In this document: positions 24,879 through 32,000 of the stretch, piece after piece | How the letters are laid out: each line of letters opens with the position of its first letter | How positions within the stretch are numbered: position 1 is the stretch's first letter | Assembly (NCBI GenBank): GCA_031288595.1 | Contig: JAITRB010000008.1 | Location: forward strand, 20,806 to 52,805 | Length of the DNA: 32,000 nucleotides | Source of the DNA: Puniceicoccales bacterium | GTDB taxonomy: Bacteria > Verrucomicrobiota > Verrucomicrobiia > Opitutales > JAIRLG01 | Direction: 5' to 3' | Program-made: the position numbers and the translations under genes | The notes under the pieces: model-generated | What the model was told of the DNA's origin: nothing | The model's database searches: none | The model's input: only the letters and a program-made list of their open reading frames with translations

Positions 24879-26416
24879 CCGTAGATGTGAGCGAGCTCTT
24901 GAAGGTAGCGGGAAGAGCGGGTTTGAAGCCCCTGCAAGGTTTCGCTTGTGCAGCGCCACGTCCAATTACCCCCACAGGTCGAAGGAGTGTTGAAGCGCGC
25001 GTTCGAACCGAGTGCCAGTAGGTCGGGAAGACTCAGAATCAAGAGTCGGCAGGGCGAGGCATAGGCCCAACGAATCATATCCCAGGCAATCGAACTGCCG
25101 TCACTGCGGAAATAGCGCCGTACGGAATCCTGCATTTCCGGAGAGAGGGAGGCGTACCAAGCGCTTGTGGTGTCGTTGTCGTGTGTCCCCAGATAGAGCA
25201 CGGAATTCTTCTCATGCATGTGGGGCAGGTAGGGATTTTTCGGATCGCCGCTGAAGGCGAATTGCAGGACATCCATGCCCGGAAACCGGGAAGCCCTGAG
25301 GAGTTCATGGACCCCCGATGAGGGAAGGCCGAGGTCTTCGGCGATGCACTTCAAGTCGGGAATTTTTTTTAAAATTTCTCTGAAGAACGCAATTCCCGGT
25401 CCTGGGCGCCATCGGCCACACCGAGCTTCCTCTGCAGCGGCAGGAATGGCCCAGTAGTCGTAAAATCCGCGAAAATGGTCGAGACGGGTGATGTCGAAAG
25501 AGCGCTGGGCCTGCCGCAGTCGCTCCACCCACCAGTCGTAGTGCGTTTTTTCGAGCTCATCCCAGTCGAAGAGGGGATTGCCCCAGAGCTGACCTTCGGC
25601 GGAATAGGCGTCCGGAGGAACCCCGGCCACACATCGCGCACGCCCATTTTTATCGCTTTGAAAGATGCAGCGATGGCCCCAAAAATCGGCACTGTCCATC
25701 CCGGGGAAAATCGGAAGGTCGCCGATGAGAGAAACTCCCCTGCTGTGCGCATACTCCAACAAATGCTGCCATTGCCGATGGAAGGTGAATTGAATGAAAT
25801 CGTGCTTCTTCTGCCGTAATGGGAGCTCTCTGTAGAGTTCACAGGCATTTCCTTTCAGGAATTTCGCGGTACTTTCCCCACTCCGAAATGCCTTTGGCCA
25901 CCGCCCAAGGGGCTGTCCCTGGAAGATTTCCTTGAGCGCCATGAAGAGGCTATAATTGGGCAACCAGAACGACTGCTCTTCGCAGAAGCGGATGAATGGC
26001 GGGTCATCGTCCTGTCCCAAGGAGAGAAAACGTTCGAATGCCCGCTGACATAGGGATGGGACTTGGAGATAGAGCTGGCCGTAATCGACGCGTTCCTGAG
26101 GCAGGTGCCGCAACGAGTCCAAGTCGGCACCTGACAGATAGTCCCTGCGCACGAGCTCATCGAGGTCGATGAAGTAGGGATTACCGGCAAAAACGGAAAA
26201 GCTTTGGTAGGGCGAATCGCCAAAGCCGGTCGGGCCGATGGGGCAGAGCTGCCAGTAGCGAAATCCGCATTCTGCCAAAAAGTCGACCCAGCGCTCCGCC
26301 GCTTCTCCTAGACAGCCGATACCCTGTCGACTGGGGAGGGAAGAGAGGTGCAAGAAGATTCCGGCCGCCCTTTCCCGCAACCAGAATTTTTTACCTTCCT
26401 CCTTCTCGAGCCCCAT
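24860..26416 (-). CDS. malQ: 4-alpha-glucanotransferase (amylomaltase)
   Basis: ORF track, 518 aa. N-terminal AGIFLHLSSLPSRQGIGCLGEAAERWVDFLAECGFRYWQLCPIGPTGFGDSPYQSFSVFAGNPYFIDLDEL is characteristic of GH77 MalQ. Confidence 0.92.
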   Translation of the reverse strand: MGLEKEEGKKFWLRERAAGIFLHLSSLPSRQGIGCLGEAAERWVDFLAECGFRYWQLCPIGPTGFGDSPYQSFSVFAGNPYFIDLDELVRRDYLSGADLDSLRHLPQERVDYGQLYLQVPSLCQRAFERFLSLGQDDDPPFIRFCEEQSFWLPNYSLFMALKEIFQGQPLGRWPKAFRSGESTAKFLKGNACELYRELPLRQKKHDFIQFTFHRQWQHLLEYAHSRGVSLIGDLPIFPGMDSADFWGHRCIFQSDKNGRARCVAGVPPDAYSAEGQLWGNPLFDWDELEKTHYDWWVERLRQAQRSFDITRLDHFRGFYDYWAIPAAAEEARCGRWRPGPGIAFFREILKKIPDLKCIAEDLGLPSSGVHELLRASRFPGMDVLQFAFSGDPKNPYLPHMHEKNSVLYLGTHDNDTTSAWYASLSPEMQDSVRRYFRSDGSSIAWDMIRWAYASPCRLLILSLPDLLALGSNARFNTPSTCGGNWTWRCTSETLQGLQTRSSRYLQELAHIYGREKAP

Positions 26417-26457
26417 ATCCCTTTCCTAAGCTCCTCTTCCCTGAGGAGATTAGAGGA

Positions 26458-28671
26458 TCAGGAGTATAGCATATCACCTGGAATTTGCAAAATTTCTCGT
26501 TCGAGAAAGAGCTGGAAACGCTCGAAAACCTGACAGCGGATATGCTCGATGAGGCGGCGAACATCTTCGGAGGAGGCGTGACCGCGATTGACGATGAAAT
26601 TGGCATGCTGCTCGGAAATTTCCGCACCACCTAGGCGAAAGCCGCGGAGGCCGCAGCGATCAACGAGTTCCCAGGCCTTCGGACTTCCGGTGCCCGGATT
26701 GCGAAAGATACTGCCGGCATTCGGCCATCGCGGCTGCTGCTCCAGGCGTTGCCGCAAGAATTTTTTCTGTAAAGCCCAGGAGGTTTCCGGTGCCACCGGG
26801 GGGAATTCAAAAAGCGCCGAGAGAATGCACTCGCCGTTCCGGCGAAAGCCGCGGCGATATTGCCAGTTGATCTCGTTTTTGGGGATCCAGCTCTTCCGTC
26901 CATCGCGGTCAATGCGGTGAATCGCCAATAGGTAGTCGGACAGGACTACACCGTTGGCCCCGGCATTCATGGCCAGCGCTCCGCCCACCGTTGCCGGAAT
27001 GGCACCGAGGGCCTCGATGCCACCGAGGGAATGGGAGCTCAGGTGATGACAGAGCGCCCGCAGGGACATGCCGGCCCCGACCTGGACCCGGTTCTTCTCT
27101 TTCAGGCAAAAGCCTCTAAAGACCGCCTGATTCAAGGAGAGGACGAGACCGGGAACGCCCCTGTCCTCGCAGAGGATGTTGGAACCATTGCCCAGAACGA
27201 ATACGGGGAGACTGTAATCTCGGGCAAGGAGGAGGATTTCCCGAAGCTGCTCCTCGTTCTGCGGCTCGGCCCAAAACCGTGCAGGGCCGCCGATTCTGAA
27301 GCTCGTCCGGTGGGCCATAGGCTCATTTTCCCTCACCGACATTGTCTGAAGCTTAGTATTGGCCTTCGATTTTTTCTCCAATGCCCTGGCCTGAATTTCC
27401 GGCAGCGAGTCCAGAAAGGTGGAGGGACCCACGCTTAGGTAAACACAGCAGAATGCCCCGTCCGCTGGCCAAAGCCATGGTTCGATCGCATCCGGTATAG
27501 CCGGGATCGCCGAGACGGTTTCGCGGGCGAGGCTTGGGGGAAGGTGCTCGGCGATGCGCTCGCAAGTCCCTTCCGGATTAAAGGACTCATCGGAAGGGTC
27601 GGTGGGAACGAAGCAAATGCGTTCTGCCAATCGGAGCGCTTCGGCGAACTCGCGGGCATACTGCTGGACACGGGAAAAGCGATGCGGGCGGAAGATGACG
27701 CCCAGGCGATGGGCCGGATAGCGGTGGCGAAAATGCTCAAGCGAGGCGCGAATTTCGTTCGGATGATGCGCGTGGTCGCAGAAGAAGAGATGCTTCTCTA
27801 TCGTGGCCAGAAAATTATTGCGCTGGAAAATTCCTGGGAAATGGGAAAAGGCTTCGAGTGCGGGGAAGTCGCCCGTCATGTGCCGAAAGGCTTCGGCGAT
27901 GAGGTTGTAGTCGATGCGCCGAAAGCCCTGAAACAGGGCCTGGAATTCTCGGGAGTAGGGCAGGTGTTCGCACTCGCAGGGGCAGTGCTCACGGCCGGAC
28001 TCTTCCGCCAGACGCCGGAGCAGTGCGTCCTCTTTGGGGAAGAAAACGCACCGTCGGGTGCGTCGAAACAGTTCCTGAAAGCTGTGCTGGATGGCCTCGA
28101 CGCTGCCGTAGTTGACGATATGATCGGAGCCGATGTTGAGGACAAGGGTCATCTCGGGAGAGAAATGATCCATGGTCCGGTCGCTCTCGTCGATTTCGGA
28201 GACCACCCATTCACTGGAGGCATCGTGGTGGGCCGGTGCCACCTGAGAATCGCAGAAAAGTCCGCCCAGCAGATAGCTGCAGGGGATTCCCTGTTCCCGC
28301 AGGATATGGATGAAGGTACCAGTCGTGGTCGTCTTGCCATTCGAGCCGATAATGGCGATGAGTTTTTTCTCCTCCACCATCCGGGCCCAGAAAACCCCGC
28401 GGCGGGTCAGGGGAAGCTGCCGCTCTAGGGCTTTTTGGTAGAGCGGATGTTCCTCGTGGATGGCAGTGGAAAAGATGACCTCGTCGATATTTTGGGGAAA
28501 TTCCGGAAGGACCAGCAGGACTACCTTGGCCGTCTCGAGGTGATGCCGCACCCGCTCGGCCAGACCATCATCCCAGCCATAGACCTCATGTCCCTGCTCC
28601 GCGAGGTAGATGGCCAGCGGTGCCATCCCCATGCCCCCTACACCCAACAGTAGATAGGATTTTTGTTCCAT
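26458..28671 (-). CDS. murCB: Fusion protein: UDP-N-acetylmuramate--L-alanine ligase (MurC, N-terminal ~440 aa) plus UDP-N-acetylenolpyruvoylglucosamine reductase (MurB, C-terminal ~290 aa)
   Basis: ORF track, 737 aa. MurC motifs: LLLGVGGMGMAPLAIYL, IAIIGSNGKTTTTG, DHAHHPNEI. MurB motifs: HRTSFRIGGPARFWAEP, FVLGNGSNIL, GAIPATVGGALAMNAGANG, WPNAGSIFRNP, GGAEISEQHANFIVN. Confidence 0.9.
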   Translation of the reverse strand: MEQKSYLLLGVGGMGMAPLAIYLAEQGHEVYGWDDGLAERVRHHLETAKVVLLVLPEFPQNIDEVIFSTAIHEEHPLYQKALERQLPLTRRGVFWARMVEEKKLIAIIGSNGKTTTTGTFIHILREQGIPCSYLLGGLFCDSQVAPAHHDASSEWVVSEIDESDRTMDHFSPEMTLVLNIGSDHIVNYGSVEAIQHSFQELFRRTRRCVFFPKEDALLRRLAEESGREHCPCECEHLPYSREFQALFQGFRRIDYNLIAEAFRHMTGDFPALEAFSHFPGIFQRNNFLATIEKHLFFCDHAHHPNEIRASLEHFRHRYPAHRLGVIFRPHRFSRVQQYAREFAEALRLAERICFVPTDPSDESFNPEGTCERIAEHLPPSLARETVSAIPAIPDAIEPWLWPADGAFCCVYLSVGPSTFLDSLPEIQARALEKKSKANTKLQTMSVRENEPMAHRTSFRIGGPARFWAEPQNEEQLREILLLARDYSLPVFVLGNGSNILCEDRGVPGLVLSLNQAVFRGFCLKEKNRVQVGAGMSLRALCHHLSSHSLGGIEALGAIPATVGGALAMNAGANGVVLSDYLLAIHRIDRDGRKSWIPKNEINWQYRRGFRRNGECILSALFEFPPVAPETSWALQKKFLRQRLEQQPRWPNAGSIFRNPGTGSPKAWELVDRCGLRGFRLGGAEISEQHANFIVNRGHASSEDVRRLIEHIRCQVFERFQLFLEREILQIPGDMLYS

Positions 28672-28738
28672 AAATGCGGGATAAAATTGCCATAAAAAGG
28701 AGGAAGGTTTGCCTCTGCAACAAGATTAATTCGGCACA

Positions 28739-29647
28739 ATGAGCCCTATGGCAGAGATCATTGATGGTAAAAAACTAGCGGAGACCCTGTATCAGGGACT
28801 TCGCCGGAGAATGCGGGGCCTTGAGAAAAATCCACCGGCCCTGGCTTTGGTGTGTGTCGGCGAGCATCCAGAGTCCCAGATCTACCTGCGGCAGAAGCGG
28901 AGAGTGGCTGAAGAGCTCGGCATCCGCGTGCAGCCGGAATTTCTCCCGGCCGAAGCCAGCCGTGAGGAGATCTTCGCCACCATCGACCGGCTCAACGCAG
29001 ACACTTCTGTCCACGGGATTCTCGTCCAATCGCCGCTACCCCATCGCGCCCTGGAGCTTGAGGTCTTCAACCGCGTCGCGGCGGAGAAGGATGTCGATGG
29101 CTTCGGAGCCCTCAACCTCGGCAGGCTCTGCCAAGGAGATCCTTCCGGTTTCTGGCCCTGCACACCGGCGGGCGTGCATCGGATTCTCCGCTCGATCGGC
29201 ATTCCCATCGCGGGGAAGCACGCGGTTATCTTGGGCCGCAGCCTCATTGTCGGGAAGCCCATGGGTCTGATTTTACTGCAGCGCGGTCCCTGGGCCGATG
29301 CGACGGTGAGCTTGGGGCATTCCATGACCCGAGATCTAGATGAACTCACCCGTCAGGCCGATATTCTGGTCAGCGCCATGGGACAGCCGGCCCGGGTTAA
29401 GGCCTCCATGGTAAAGCCCGGGGCTATCGTCATCGACGTGGGCCTCACGCGTGTTCCCGACCCGAGCCAGGCATCGGGCCATCGGCTTCAGGGCGATGTC
29501 GCCTTCGAAGAGGTTTCCCAAGTGGCCTCTTTCCTCACGCCCATCCCGGGTGGTGTGGGGCCGATGACCGTCGCTGAGCTGATGGCCAATACTCTGAAGG
29601 CCTATGAACGGCAGAGCGGTCGGATTGCCCCCTCCGAGGAAGCTTGA
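28739..29647 (+). CDS. folD: Bifunctional methylenetetrahydrofolate dehydrogenase / methenyltetrahydrofolate cyclohydrolase
   Basis: ORF track. IIDGKKLAE..., GILVQSPLP, DVDGF, GKHAVILGRSLIVGKPM and PIPGGVGPMTVAELM are all FolD motifs. The start could instead be ATG 28748. Confidence 0.94.
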   Translation: MSPMAEIIDGKKLAETLYQGLRRRMRGLEKNPPALALVCVGEHPESQIYLRQKRRVAEELGIRVQPEFLPAEASREEIFATIDRLNADTSVHGILVQSPLPHRALELEVFNRVAAEKDVDGFGALNLGRLCQGDPSGFWPCTPAGVHRILRSIGIPIAGKHAVILGRSLIVGKPMGLILLQRGPWADATVSLGHSMTRDLDELTRQADILVSAMGQPARVKASMVKPGAIVIDVGLTRVPDPSQASGHRLQGDVAFEEVSQVASFLTPIPGGVGPMTVAELMANTLKAYERQSGRIAPSEEA

Positions 29648-29738
29648 AAATCGCCTCGGGCACGCCCATCCCGGATGGAATTTTTATTCTCAGTAGAGCT
29701 GGTGAGCGATTGCCCAAAATCTCTGATTGTTCTCCGGT

Positions 29739-29820
29739 GGCTGTCTTTGCCGCATGAAAATGTCCATTTTCATGCGGGGGCTCGCTCTGCGAGCGATCCC
29801 TTTGGGATCCAAAGACAGCC
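29739..29820 (+). repeat. Four-way-junction intergenic repeat, copy R8
   Basis: Closing stem GGCTGTCTTTG 29739-29749 / CAAAGACAGCC 29810-29820, extendable by 3 more pairs including T29738:G29821. Long arm CCGCATGAAAAT 29750-29761 / ATTTTCATGCGG 29766-29777. Arm2 GCTCGC-tct-GCGAGC 29780-29794. Arm3 GATCCC-ttt-GGGATC 29795-29809. Confidence 0.9.
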
Positions 29821-29861
29821 GCCCCCCGGCGTCCCAGACAGAAGCTATCCTTCCTCATCCC

Positions 29862-31883
29862 ATGCCTAGGCTTCTGGCTGAAGTTTTTGTCCTGAGGGCC
29901 TCGCCGAACCCGCTCATCTACGATTTGCCGGAGGAACTGTGCTCCCGAGTACAGGCAGGATCCCTCGTCCAGGTACCCCTACGCCGTCAGAGACTTCCGG
30001 GCTTGGTGTGGCGCCTCTTCTCTCTCGAAAAAAAGCCCTCCTTCGCGGTTCGGCCCATCGCCGAGGTCTGGGACGAGCGCTGGGCCCTGCCGCCGACCCT
30101 ACTCCGGCTGCTCGACTGGCTCTCGAAGTACTACGGCGCTTCTCTGGGCAGCTGCGTCGACCTCGCCCTGCCGAAGTCCCTCCTCAGGACGACGAAACGC
30201 GTGCGTGCAGAGGAAAACGCTGAAAAAGACAGACAAACTCAGGCCAGTTCGATCCCGATTCCCACGCTCTCGCCGGAACAGGAGGCGGCGGTGGAGGATA
30301 TGTGGGATTCCTACCGGCAGCGGCGCTTCGTCGCCCATCTGCTCCACGGTGTCACCGGCTCCGGCAAAACCGAGGTCTACCTGCGGGTCATGGAAAGGGT
30401 TCTGGCCGATGGACGCGAAGTGCTCTACCTGGTACCGGAGCTCTCGCTGACTCCCCAGACCCTCCGGCGTATTCGGGAGCGCTTTGCCGGCCATCATGAA
30501 GTGGCCGTCTGGCACAGCGGCCTGGGCGAGCGCGAGAAGCGCGAGGCCTGGGAAGCCATTGCATCGGGAAAAGTAAAAATCGTCGTCGGTGCCCGTTCCG
30601 CCCTCTTCCTGCCGCAGCGGAATCTGCGCCTGATCATCGTCGATGAGGAGCACGACAACTCCTATAAGCAGAACGAGAACCCGCGCTACCACGGGCGCGA
30701 CGTGGCGATCTATCGGGCATTCCTGCAGGGCGCGCTCTGCATCCTCGGCTCGGCGACCCCGTCGCTGGAAACATTTTTCAACACGCGCCAACGGGGATTC
30801 CGCTTCAACTCACTGCCGAGGCGCGTCGACCGGCGCACCCTGCCGACCATTTACGTGGCGGACATGCGTCACGAGATGAACGGTCGCCTACCGGCTCTTT
30901 TCTCCCGCCAGCTGCTGGACAGGCTCCGGGATCGGCTGGAGAGGAAGGAACAGAGCATTCTCTTCCTCAACCGCCGCGGCTATGCTTCGACCTACCTCTG
31001 CACGAGCTGCGACTACATCGCCACCTGTCCCCGCTGCAGCGTTTCGCTGACCTACCACCGCGTCCCGGAACACTTGAGTTGCCACCTCTGTGCTCACCGT
31101 GAACCCCTGGCAACTCGCTGTCCTCGTTGTGCTTCGCCGGACCTCAAGCTGCTCGGTGCCGGAACCCAGAAGGCGGAAGCCGTGCTGCAAAAGATCTTTC
31201 CTCAGGCGAACTGCGTCCGGGTCGACTCCGACACGGTCTCGCAGCGCAAGGCCCTTCCGGCACTATTGGAAAAATTTCGACGCGGAGAAGCGGAGATTCT
31301 CATCGGAACCCAGATGATCTCCAAGGGACTGGACTTTCCGAACGTGACCCTGGTCGGCCTGCTGCAGGGCGACCTCTCGCTCCACGTGCCGGACTTCCGC
31401 TCGAGCGAGCGCACTTTCCAGCTCATCTCCCAAGTAGCCGGACGGGCGGGTAGAGGAGAGAAACCTGGTGAGGTCATTCTCCAGACCTTTCTGCCCCAGA
31501 GCGAGCTCCTGCGCTGGGCACAGCGCGCGCAGTTCGAGGAATTTGCCGAAGAAGAGCTGCAGCTGCGTCAGCAACTCGGCTATCCTCCCTATCGCCACAT
31601 CATCCGCCATCTCCTGCGCGGGAAAAATGCCGAAGCGACGGCCCATCAGGCCTTGGCCTGGGGAGACTATCTCCGCCAACGGCTCGATCCCTCCCTCATC
31701 GAACTGCGCGGGCCGGCAAGCTCGAGCATCGAAAAGATCCACAACTACTACCGCCACACGCTTTTCTTCTTCGTGGCCAATGTGTCCCAAACTCTCCCCA
31801 TTCTCCTTCAGCTTCGCAAGGACTTCCCCTGGCCGCGCTCCACCCTCGACTTCTGGGACGTCGATCCCCTCGACATGACTTAG
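29862..31883 (+). CDS. priA: Primosomal protein N' (replication restart helicase PriA)
   Basis: ORF track 29727..31883, but its first 45 codons run through repeat R8, so the start was trimmed to ATG 29862 (MPRLLAEVFVLRAS...). Walker A LLHGVTGSGKTEVYL, DEEHD, and the Cys-rich zinc region CTSCDYIATCPRCSVSLTYH...CHLCAH...CPRCAS. Confidence 0.92.
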   Translation: MPRLLAEVFVLRASPNPLIYDLPEELCSRVQAGSLVQVPLRRQRLPGLVWRLFSLEKKPSFAVRPIAEVWDERWALPPTLLRLLDWLSKYYGASLGSCVDLALPKSLLRTTKRVRAEENAEKDRQTQASSIPIPTLSPEQEAAVEDMWDSYRQRRFVAHLLHGVTGSGKTEVYLRVMERVLADGREVLYLVPELSLTPQTLRRIRERFAGHHEVAVWHSGLGEREKREAWEAIASGKVKIVVGARSALFLPQRNLRLIIVDEEHDNSYKQNENPRYHGRDVAIYRAFLQGALCILGSATPSLETFFNTRQRGFRFNSLPRRVDRRTLPTIYVADMRHEMNGRLPALFSRQLLDRLRDRLERKEQSILFLNRRGYASTYLCTSCDYIATCPRCSVSLTYHRVPEHLSCHLCAHREPLATRCPRCASPDLKLLGAGTQKAEAVLQKIFPQANCVRVDSDTVSQRKALPALLEKFRRGEAEILIGTQMISKGLDFPNVTLVGLLQGDLSLHVPDFRSSERTFQLISQVAGRAGRGEKPGEVILQTFLPQSELLRWAQRAQFEEFAEEELQLRQQLGYPPYRHIIRHLLRGKNAEATAHQALAWGDYLRQRLDPSLIELRGPASSSIEKIHNYYRHTLFFFVANVSQTLPILLQLRKDFPWPRSTLDFWDVDPLDMT

Positions 31884-32000
31884 GTTGTAAGTTCGCATCG
31901 AGTCATGCCTCGATCGATGCCCTTCAAGACTGCTGTACGTTCTAGAGCTGATCCGGACTCTTAAATCGGCTTATCGGTCAATTGATGGCTCGAAGAGCTT

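Noticed and set aside
2235-29820. The repeat family as a CRISPR array.
   Set aside because: Copies are kilobases apart and separated by housekeeping genes. They occur in both orientations, are 82-101 bp long, and vary internally. There is no regular repeat-spacer periodicity and there are no cas genes.
2235-29820. The repeat family as integron attC sites or gene cassettes.
   Set aside because: No R''/R' core sites (RYYYAAC / GTTRRRY) are present at the ends. The architecture is four stems rather than one imperfect hairpin with extrahelical bases. The enclosed genes are mostly essential housekeeping genes on both strands, and no intI is present in the window.
2235-29820. The cloverleaf-like elements as tRNA or tRNA-like genes.
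   Set aside because: The closing stem is 10-14 bp rather than 7. Two arms have 3-nt loops. There is no 7-nt anticodon loop, no T-loop GTTCRANNC and no D-loop features, and there are no linker nucleotides.
31884-32000. A hairpin after priA (GCATCGAG..CTCGATCGATGC) as a terminator, and a possible minus-strand gene end near 31974.
   Set aside because: The stem is imperfect and has no T-tract. Only about 9 codons of any putative incoming ORF are visible at the window edge, which is too little to support a call.

Overview
The window is a dense, mostly housekeeping chromosomal segment with fairly high G+C. The gene content suggests a PVC/Verrucomicrobiota-like genome: a MurC-MurB fusion and a prepilin-type N-terminal protein. 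This taxonomic call is inference only.

Genes read from left to right:
- a 3'-truncated pyruvate:ferredoxin oxidoreductase (minus strand, missing from the supplied ORF track because it runs off the window edge)
- tsf, rpsB, leuS
- a divergent phosphofructokinase-family gene
- grpE-dnaJ
- a small TPR-like gene
- mutS
- exbD-exbB
- def
- a two-domain ABC permease
- a Zn-ribbon-less L36/L31 ribosomal paralog pair (the 41-codon L36 gene is also missing from the ORF track)
- alaS, hemW
- a lipoprotein followed by a pseudopilin-like gene
- malQ
- a murC-murB fusion
- folD, priA

The most unusual signal is non-coding. Eight copies of an 82-101 bp intergenic element share one architecture: a 10-14 bp closing stem enclosing three directly abutting hairpins. 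This resembles a four-way junction or cloverleaf.
- Stem sequences differ between copies by compensatory changes.
- The long arm has an unrelated sequence in every copy yet is always a near-perfect palindrome.
- Every copy lies 38-212 nt downstream of a stop codon, and none lies in a divergent promoter region.

I do not recognise the element as a known REP/MITE/Rfam family, but that needs a database search.

Secondary points are degenerate catalytic motifs in the PFK homolog, a perfect 14-bp palindrome beside a strong promoter upstream of alaS, an AT-richer ~390 bp non-coding spacer bracketed by two inverted element copies, and a 10-bp tandem duplication at the exbB/exbD junction.
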